Assembly (NCBI GenBank): GCA_030141605.1 | Contig: JAQGDQ010000012.1 | Coordinates: forward strand, 886,359 to 950,358 | Direction: 5' to 3' | DNA length: 64,000 bases | Source of the DNA: Tubiluchus corallicola | Taxonomy: Eukaryota; Animalia; Priapulida | Position numbers and translations under genes: made by a program | In this document: one piece after another, positions 54,505 through 64,000 of the stretch | Position numbering within the stretch: the first letter of the stretch is position 1 | Layout of the letters: every line of letters starts with the position of its first letter | Notes under the pieces: model-generated | What the model was told of the DNA's origin: nothing | The model's database searches: none | The model's input: only the letters and a program-made list of their open reading frames with translations

Positions 54505-56398
54505 GATGAGAGCAGACTAAGCAACTAGTTACACTTGCAAGTTGAAACTAAAACATATTACAAAAATTTAAAACTTTCACATAAAATAATAATGGCAAAT
54601 GCTTTTTAAACTAAATATTCAACATTTCTAAACTAAAATACCGACATGCACAAAACGCTCAAGTTTGATGTTAACAATTAATTTACAAAATTTTGTAAAC
54701 TCACTACTTCACAACCAATTAGAATGAGGTGTACATTATTACCATTTGAACTATTTTGCTGTGTATAAATTTCCTATAAATTAATTTTCATAAATGCAGG
54801 TTGAATGTCATAATAATTAAACAGAAAATTTTAATAGAAAATTTCATTTTAATTTGTATTATAATTTATGCAAACAAAAGTATTTAATGACTACTGCAAA
54901 TCAGCACTTATCATACACATATAAATAAATATCTATTTAAAAAGGCATTGGGTAATTCACTGACAAATGTAATGTAACAAAACTTTATAAATGCACTTTT
55001 GACTGTGTTAATTTTTGAAATGTCACTATACAAATGACTAATATACACATAACAGTGTTTATATTAACTAACTTTTAGAACTGCACATATCTTCAATGAC
55101 TGTGCCATGACAAAGTGTCTCAACTGCTCTGAGCTTGAGATGCATTTTAATGACTATTTCAACCTTTATTATAACTTTTTGTACTATACAAAATTGGATT
55201 TATAATTGGACAAGTAGCGGTCAGCAGAAGATCAAAATAAACCCTGATAATAGAATAATTGTAATTTAATAATACTTATTATAAAATAATAATAATAATT
55301 TACTTTGAACCATTAAGGCATATAGTATATTACTACCTCATTCTTTTCTAAAACCTCAACCTAGAGTTGATAAATGAACTTAAAGTTCTAAAATTATTTT
55401 AACAATGACAAAAGTAGCCAATTAATTGAATATAACTAAAATTATTGTTTTAATTCAAGAACCCAGTTACTCAGTTCTTATTATGTGTATTATGTTAATA
55501 ATATGGATTTAATTCTATTATTCCCCAGGAACAACAACTACCTTGTACAATGATTTTAAGTCTATAAAATACAGTTACTGCAGTTTTGAAACATCGAATT
55601 ATGTACAGGCATCATATAAAATTAATTTTTCGTTTCATATTACGTTCTTTAGAGCATTCAGCTTTTTCTTGCATGAGCGTGAGTTGAAGTAACACAGAAA
55701 TCGGACACTTATCCGTGGGACAATCGCCAAAAGTTCAACATTTGGGATTCTTCACCACACTTCAAACTTCCATTGTACACAAAATGTCGGAAAATCGATA
55801 ATGCAAGACCGCTATAACGTCCTTGAAAATTTTCATCAATCCAAATTTTACTTAAAATGTCATAATTATTGCCCCGGAATCATACGCCGCGCGTCTATCA
55901 CATTCTACATTGGACAGCGAACCCATAGGATTGACTATGAACACACAGGGTCGCGCTAGGCTTTTAGCAACGGCAATCAGTCAGCACTGAATACGCTAGG
56001 ACAAAGACCGGTTTACTGAAAAACGCGCATATCCTGGCAAATACAACTTCAACACAAACAAAAACTTGGAACTAGATAGCTAAATTAATAGACTACAATA
56101 TACATTATCACCATTAACTAGGGAACTCCCGACACATTGTTATAATCAAAGTTTTCGGTCACTTATACACAACCAGCACCGCATAGTAATGTAATGGCGG
56201 TTATACAACGCAACGGCAATAGTGCTCCCATAGACTCCCATACTTAAGAAATCAAATTCGGCTAAAGAATTTTCTGTTAAAAACCTTACGAAACTACTAT
56301 AGACGCTAATACTAAATGCCTACATCCTTTAGCTCTGCAGCAGAGATTTTTTCTAACCCATACGCACTTCTATCAATAAATAAATAAATGTTACTTAC

Positions 56399-56570
56399 AA
56401 GCGTTTTTCCAATGTAGACCAACGTAGAGAAAGAAAGCAATCGCTCCGCAATACACTGAATACAGTAGGCACTAGGCACGCTACGCAGAGGACGATCTCT
56501 ATTGGTTAAATTTACAATTCGCGCACGTTGGTGCCCAATAGGAGCGTAGTATCAACGATGACGTGTTTAA
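56399..56570 (-). promoter_or_regulatory. HMGB non-coding first exon and promoter
   Basis: Minus-strand donor TT|gtaagt at 56398; two CCAAT boxes (attgg ~56501, ccaat ~56535) and a CRE-like atgacgtg (~56558) in a CpG-rich patch. An acceptor lies upstream of the ATG near 54549. Confidence 0.6.
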
Positions 56571-57711
56571 TGCTATCACACTACGTCCCAGTAAAATCTG
56601 TTCGTACTATGAGCGGGTAACGTGAAATGTTGAATGAAAACTTTTTACCAAAGTTTATTAGCATTATCTACTTATTCAAATCTCACAAAGATTTTCAAGA
56701 ACAACAGACTCGTTCTTGAAACCGAAGTTCGGATCTTGTCTACTTTAGTTGAACCTGTATTTTATACAAAGCTGATATAGACAATAACAGTTAAATAACC
56801 ACGTAGTGCCGATTAAAAACATGGGTCATTCGCTTTGCAGTGTATTACGAACTTGCTTTTAAGACATACGACTACTACAATAGAATACAATGAATATTAC
56901 CTAGGTAAATGAAGGTATTTAAGGCCTCAAATGAGATCTGAATTCTGGTACATAGACTTCCTCAAACGTGAAAAATAATGCGCTGGCGTCTTCTACATAG
57001 TAGTACATTTATTTTCAAAGTTCCTGTGTATAATGACTTTGTGCGTAAAATACATTATGAGTTTTACGTTACGCACGTTTCGACGCACGGCATACTCAAC
57101 GCAGAATTTCCAACAAATGCGAGTTTTGGACAAGAAACGTAATCCACACGCAAACATTACAGTGCAACAAGGGTACGTCATGCAAATAAGACAATACATC
57201 TAAATTCTAACTTAGGCATCATTTTAACTTAAGAGTAGCTAATAGTAATTTGTATTCGTCAGAATGTAAGAAACACCGAGGGCACGAATCCTACGTTAGA
57301 GGCAAAATTGTTGTTCGCTAAAATTTCTCAAGATCAGTTAGGAATTATTAGGATTCTTCAATTTCTGGACGCCATCAGTGTTTGTTACCACGTACAAGTA
57401 TACAAAATATTTTAGCTCTACAAATAAAATGATTCAAAATCCAGACCAGCTCACTTTTAAGGATTTAGAAACTTATTTCAACGACACCCATGTTTAGCCA
57501 CCGGCTATAAAACTGAATGTGTAATTTTTGTGTCAAACAACCGAAAGACAAGATTTTGCTTGATTTGAAAGATATCAGTGAAGCACATTCGTTAATTTCT
57601 AAGATAATCTTCAAGTCAATTCAATTCACTGCAATCTTACAGGCTAAAACTGTATGTACGACTCCTATAAATAGTAAGGGATCTTATATGTTTGCAGACT
57701 GTTAAAACACA

Positions 57712-57991
57712 AGAAAGCCGGATTTACCTACTTGTGGGCCCTATAGGCCAAACTCATCAACTGGACCCCGAGTTTCAATTGTGGGTCTATACTTATTGTA
57801 TAGGGCTCCATATTCCGGGCCATATACTTATTGTACAGAGCCGTTATGGGTTTCAGAATATTATATAATGAAATACTCGGTGTTCACTTGAAGCAAGGAT
57901 ATTCGCTGGCTTGCTCCGCGACAAATTAGTTTTAGTGGGCTCCAGACGGTGGGCAATGGCCTGCTATGCCTAGTGGGTAAATCCGGTCTTG
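57712..57991. mobile_element. hAT-type MITE
   Basis: gccggatttaccta... versus ...gggtaaatccggtc (inverted), with GC-rich gggccc subterminal motifs. Confidence 0.6.
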
Positions 57992-58301
57992 GTTAGGAAG
58001 TGTTCCAGGCTCAAGCACAATGAGTGAGATTTACGAATCGTTATAATGAAGGTGCATTATTATACTGCATAATGAGTCTTCTTAGTGACATCATCAACGT
58101 GTCACACAAAAATTGCCACAACAAAACGTCTCCTAGACACCGAGCTACAGTTCTAACACTACTCTAATAAAAATAGTTACACTGATTATGGCATGACCTT
58201 GGCCACAGTATGCTAACGAGAGGTCGACTGAGAGTTTTTGTCTAAGTCCATGCTTTCCTTCCAGGCGACCTTCATGGCTTTGTCCCGAGAACCTTGTCAA
58301 C

Positions 58302-59228
58302 ATGCCTTTCAAAAGTAAGTTTCTCAGTAAAAAATCGGAGAAGAACATCAACAAAAATCTGTCATTTGAACAAAAACTTCTAGCTTTAGTTCAACCTTAC
58401 TGCGTGAAAGAACCTCCAAGCAAGATTTATTTTGATAAAGCCAGTAAAACCAAGCAAATTGGATGGAAATGGAAAAAGAATAATAGTAAAAATACATCCA
58501 ATGAACAACAACTTCTAGGCCTAGGTCAATCCTACTATCACGTCGCACAATTTCCAAGCAGGTATTATTTTGTCAGTAAAATCAAACATGACAGGCGAAC
58601 ACCAAAAAAGAATATAAGCAGAAAATCACCCTGTGAACAAGTTCCGGGCCTAGTTCAATCCAACTATTATATTGCAGTGTCTCCAGGCAAGAATCATTTT
58701 GATTATGCCAGTAAAGAGGACTTCGAACAAAACCCTGATGAAGCGGTTGGCACCAATAAAAAGTTATCATCTGAGCAAGAACTGATAGGTCTAGTGCAAT
58801 CTTGCTATCATGTACAAGAACTTACAAACAAAAATTGTAATGCCCGCACAATTACAGACGAACGACGTGACGAAACTCATAGCCGTGATATGACTACATG
58901 CGAGTTAAAATGTGCAATGAGAGAAGAAAAATTCCATCTTATTGACTTGAGATCGCTAGATAAGGTAGATGCTACTGGTAAGTTCCCCCTCGCTTTGAAT
59001 GTCCCACTCAAAGAACTCACTGCTGCTTTAGATCTAGATCAAAAAACTTTTCAGAGCAAATACCAGAGAAAGAAACCACCATTAAATGAAGAACTAATCT
59101 TGTCAGGCGAATCAGAAAGAAGTTTGAATCAGGCTTTGGAAATTGCCCAGGGAGCTGGATTTACAAGCTGCCGCTTGTATCGTGGAGGTTACGCCGAATG
59201 GGTTAAAAAGAAATATTCTCTTATCTAG
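58302..59228 (+). CDS. Intronless rhodanese-domain protein (Hsp67Bb/TSTD-like) with four N-terminal ~45-aa repeats
   Basis: 308-aa ORF. The C-terminus LIDLRS...TGKFPLALNVPLKELTAAL...FQSKYQRKKP...AQGAGFT..RLYRGGYAEW fits single-domain rhodaneses. Confidence 0.8.
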   Translation: MPFKSKFLSKKSEKNINKNLSFEQKLLALVQPYCVKEPPSKIYFDKASKTKQIGWKWKKNNSKNTSNEQQLLGLGQSYYHVAQFPSRYYFVSKIKHDRRTPKKNISRKSPCEQVPGLVQSNYYIAVSPGKNHFDYASKEDFEQNPDEAVGTNKKLSSEQELIGLVQSCYHVQELTNKNCNARTITDERRDETHSRDMTTCELKCAMREEKFHLIDLRSLDKVDATGKFPLALNVPLKELTAALDLDQKTFQSKYQRKKPPLNEELILSGESERSLNQALEIAQGAGFTSCRLYRGGYAEWVKKKYSLI

Positions 59229-60484
59229 TATCTGGCATGTCTATCGTCGTAACAACCTAATCAATATAACGCACTGTTGGCAACAAGATTTTCAGCAGAT
59301 ATGTAAACCTAGTTCATAAGCTAAACTTTGTTCCAAAACAAAATTGAGAAAAATATATTTATAGGTACTCACTCAGCTGTCTAAACTTTAGCCAGACGTC
59401 TGCTGAACGTTTATACACATTTAATTTTCAATTAAAATTTTTTAAAGTCAACTCAGATATTTCTTTAATCTGCATTTCTTAAACAATGCATTATTTTTAT
59501 GATCGTAAGAAAAGGAATGGATTGCTTTAAGAATTTTATTTTGAGCTCTTTGGAATTCAGCTAAGTTGGATTTGTCCTAGATACGTCCTAGATTAGCTAA
59601 AATAGGTCCACCCCACGACACAATACCACAAATTAAGTATGAATAGATAAACGTGTAATAAATTTTCCTGAGTGTTTGAAAATTAATGACTTTGCGGAGC
59701 TTATAATGCCCATAATTTACCTACTTCTACATTTTTAAAATCACATTATTTAGCCACAGTATTTTGCAGGCCGCATTTTAATAAATTTCAGCGAGTTTCA
59801 AGCCTTTATTTTCGTTAAAACGTTTTCACCACAAACATCGATCGAGACGGTTTGTGTGTGCATAACAAACTCTTCTGTAGTGTATTTTTTAAAATCAATG
59901 TTACAAGATTCTTCATTCCAAGTTCTATCCTCATCGGAATCAATCACAAGATACCTTTTCTTTGAAAACACGACTTCCATCTGTCTGACGAACATGTTTA
60001 TGTACATTTTGAAAGAAAAAATGGTGAAATTCAAACCACACATTCTCCTGATTATTCTGAATAATGCTGAATAGAAAAATCTTGCTAACTTATGATAATT
60101 TATACAGTTACTGACCATGTATAATACACATAGAAGCACACTTAAAAATGCGTCATTTAACAAAAAATAATATGTATTATGAACAGGCAGTTCGCCTATT
60201 GGCAAAGTATAATTGTTATCTATAAATTCAATCAAACACATAAATAAAAACAGCAAAATACTTATTTATTGTCTGCAGTCTATAAATTTTGACAGGAATG
60301 CTGAATTTCTTGAATACAAAAGCTGTAATACAAAACTTCATGCTCATTTTACTTCATAGATGCCCGCTTTGATCTGCAAGTGCAACACTAACATTAGAAT
60401 TACGTACACGTTATCTCCGTTACATGTCATGTACAATAATATTTTACATGTTATATGAGCTAGAAAACGCACACGATATATCAC

Positions 60485-61852
60485 TTAGAATATAATGTAC
60501 ATGTTATCGCCATCAGGTGGTGGATTTCGTCCAATCAGGTAATTATAGAAATGATTTCTTGCCTTCGTATATCCGCCATTTTTATTGCAAGGATAGTAGA
60601 AGCAGCAAACAACCACTAGTAACATAAGCAGGCTTAATATGGAGATAACCAGACCAGTTACTCTAAGCACAGAGCGAAAAGAATAAATCATGTCGTCATT
60701 CTTCTTTACTTGTTTTACCTGATAATTTTTTATTTGTCCTAATGTCTCCGAATTTTTATCCAATTTCTTATTGAAAGGGTCATCCAGGAGAAGCTTGTGA
60801 ACAGCAGAAGACTTTCGGTGGTACACAACTTCCGAAAGCTTATCTGCAAGGCGATTGTGACCGAGTTGTCTCAGCCGGATGGCAAGAGTAAGGAACGTGT
60901 CGTTGGTCCCATTTCGGCTGCTCCAATTTTCTAGTAAGTCAATGCAGGAGACATTTGGTTCAGCTGATCCAGAAGGATTGTGGTCGAGTCGAAACTCCTG
61001 GCTGAAAAATTGTTAATAACAATAAAAACTCAGGAAAATGCGATCAACATCATGATTAAGAGTAGATGAACCAAACTCATTAATCATAATCATTCTGAAA
61101 GTATGGCCCGACTCCTTCGAATCCATTCCTCGGGTTTATTATATGTTTTCGGTTGGACCCGATTGAACGTTTGCTTGTTACTCCACATGACAAGTTCACG
61201 TTTATGTCTTACATGGATCATGTAGAGATAAATTGTTAAAGACATGGAGTTATGTTCGTCTAGTGAAAGTTCTATCGTAGCAAACGCAGCCTGCAAACTG
61301 TAGGTCTATCAAATGATTGACAAATCACGTACAAAGCGTAGAGAGATAAAATAAACAACAGAATAATTGCAAAACTGACAATTTTGCATAGATGACTAAA
61401 CACCTTTGCTATTTTTGAAATTAGAATACATTAAATCAGTATGTGCTCTGTGACGTTAAATGAAAGAGAAAGATAAAAAGCTAGTAACCATTCAACCACA
61501 TATAAATATATAATTATATTTATTAGTACAAGAAAATAGGAAGCACATTCTGCAATTATCATCGTCATCTTGATAATCCTCAGCATCTCCATCAACCCAT
61601 CATTGTCGTCATTACTATCCATGGCAGTAGCAGGAATATTAACTACCAGTACATAATTATCATTACGGTTTATATATTCTGATATGTTTATATAATCACT
61701 TAGTACCTGTGTAGTGATTCTGAAAGGCGTCTACATTCATGCTCTGAAAGACTATCTGCAATCATCTGGCGTTCTGCCTCACTTAGGTCCGCAGTAGCTA
61801 GCGTCCATTTCAATTGGCACACAAGAAAAAGAATCACAATAGTCAAATGCAT
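60485..61852 (-). CDS. Type I membrane protein with a death-fold ectodomain (TMDD1/C12orf81-like), ~220 aa
   Basis: Exons 61852(or 61915)-61707 and 61001-60485 join in phase (AG|C). Signal peptide MHLTIVILFLVCQLKWTLATA; LSEHECRRLSESL...CIDLLENWSSRNGTNDTFLTLAIRLRQLGHNRLADKLSEVV (death-domain-like); TM segment VTGLVISILSLLMLLVVVCCFYY. Confidence 0.7.
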
Positions 61853-63537
61853 GAATCTCACATAACTTTGTATTAGTTCTGCTATCATCTTAGTGAAAAA
61901 CTGATCAAAGAACATGGTACCTCATATATCAATTTTTAAAGAATAAGAATGCATTGTTGACATAAATTTAATTACGTTTTGTTTAGAAGAGATTTTGATC
62001 ACACTAGTTTGTTTGACAGTAAACGAAAGAATCTATTGTTTCTTCAAACAACAATTTTTAAACATTTTGGAAGAAAACTGTTGTAGGCCAAATACCAAAG
62101 TATGAAATAGAAACAGATATAAGTTCATGTAAAATTTCTTTGATCAACTAGACTTCTTTTGTCCAAAATAGTTAATGAAAGCATTTCATTATAATTATGT
62201 GCGAAAGCAACATAATGATTGTGTACAAAATAACAATCACTTTCCTCTATAAAATATAATTGTGGAGGTAGCACAAAAGGCTTGTAGAGAGCAAAATTTA
62301 TGTAATATAATAGAATAAAGATTAAATTATAAGAAACGTTTTACATTTCTGCAGTCTTTATGTAGATGAAAAAAACCAAGTACATTCATTCATTCTCTCA
62401 TTCAACATAAGCTTTTAGTGTATTCTCTTGAGCGTTGAACTGTATTTAATTTATATATAGTTTCTACAAGCATTTGAATCATTGTGTCATTTTCCTGGTA
62501 CATGCCGTCTATTATTAGAATACATTTTCACTAACGATTTTAATCCTATATATTAAACATTTTTCCGCTTTACATACAAAACTGCCACCTACACATCGAG
62601 TAGCAACAAAACAATAATATTAATGCAAATTTTATTATAAAAGTATAATGTATCTAAAAGTATAATTCTAACTAGTGCTAATTGCACAGCTGTAGGTCTC
62701 ACAACCCATTAAAAACTTATAATCAAATATGATAATAAGAGCATTTAGTAAAAACAAACAACAGGTCACACTCGCAAGACTTTAACATGTTTTTGGTGTC
62801 AAAAACCAAAATTTTAGCATTTTGTGCTTCAGAGTCCTTGTTCAGAATAACCGCTAAAACACTAACAAATTACGATCACGTCATAAAGAAATCTTTTTTT
62901 CTCTAAAATACGATGGCAAAAGTAAAACAAAAAAAAACGTACTTTTACTGGCACTTTAAACAAAATAACATGTTTTATCTTTTCAAGTACTGTTGCATGA
63001 TGGAAAAAGAAAGTAAGACCTTTAACTAACTTTTATGTGTATTTGTGAAAGTGTCAAGTTGTATCTCACTTACACATATCTAGAGAAAACTGAAATATGT
63101 ATTGTGTTTTTCTCTAAAAATAAGTGAGTCCATTACTCTGTAAAAACAAGAGATGTCTCACAGTCTCAACGTAGAAGAATATATGATGAGACATCACTGT
63201 TGATTCAACATTTGATCAACACTGATTCCATGCCAGAAGGTTAACATTCATTCAATGTTAAAATATCCACATTGATTTAATTCACAAATCTAACTATTAA
63301 TCAAAGTTAATTTAATGAACTTTACCTGCTGGATTGAATGCCTTATTTTAACACTTTTTTTAGTAAGAATAGATCCTCATCATTGTGTATGTTATATAAA
63401 ACTGCCACCTGCCCAAAAACCCAGGAAAAAAAACACAATTTCCTTTGCACAAGCAAATTGCCATTTCATGATTGCACAAAATATTAATAATAATAAAATT
63501 TCATGCATATATATGTACTGTAGATGTATAATATTTC

Positions 63538-63662
63538 AAAAAGCATCATTTTAACTGGTACTAATCACAGTTATCACAGGTAACACAGTTCAGCTGTATA
63601 ATATTTCCAAAAGCATAATTCTAACTGGCACTAATCACAGTTATCACAAGTAACACAGTTCA
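63538..63662. repeat. Short tandem duplication (~69-bp period)
   Basis: aaagcat.att.taactgg.actaatcacagttatcaca.gtaacacagttca occurs twice. Confidence 0.8.
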
Positions 63663-64000
63663 TTAAAACATTTCAGATACAATACTTGTACAAATTTTCA
63701 TGAACAATTTAGATTAGTTGAAAAAACAACAATTTTATTTTGGACTAAAAAAATGGCACTTTGATGTTTATGGAACTGCATTTGGTCCTTTTGGCACTTG
63801 GCATTGATCGGTTATTGTTACGAGTTGAGAAGTTATCACTGTTTTTTGTCTCTGCATAACATAACTTTAGAAATTGATTGACTATTGAAAGTACACCATG
63901 GATTCTTAAAAGAAATATTAAAAGAAATGATACTGGCAACTTGTTTCTAGATGTGGGGATTGTACTTTCATACTGTACTGATTCTATAACATACAAGAAA

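Noticed and set aside
61090-61296. 68-aa ORF with an acceptor inside the TMDD1-like intron
   Set aside because: Its phase does not fit the upstream exon and it has no recognisable motif.
63745-63996. 83-aa minus-strand ORF at the window edge
   Set aside because: Could be the terminal exon of a gene outside the window, but nothing is recognisable.

Overview
AT-rich (roughly one-third GC) invertebrate animal genomic DNA with intron-rich genes. I built the gene models by hand from splice sites and reading phase; family calls rest on recalled motifs, not database searches. In order: a decayed LINE; an SLX4-like tandem-UBZ gene (-) with a small SMIM8-like membrane-protein ORF ending only 161 nt upstream; a JHAMT-like SAM methyltransferase (-); a kinase-less Tec/Btk-type PH + Btk-motif gene (+); a ~21-exon OCA2/P-protein gene (+); an HMGB gene (-); an intronless rhodanese ORF with novel N-terminal repeats (+); and a TMDD1-like signal peptide/death domain/TM gene (-). 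Introns and spacers carry many MITEs, decayed DNA transposons, tandem duplications and microsatellites. The most striking observation is that the last PH-TH exon (24187-24295/24300) also holds the most likely OCA2 start codon and a donor that splices in frame into OCA2, just downstream of a paired E-box. The locus could therefore make a stand-alone PH-TH adaptor, a normal OCA2, and a ~1060-aa PH-TH-OCA2 fusion.
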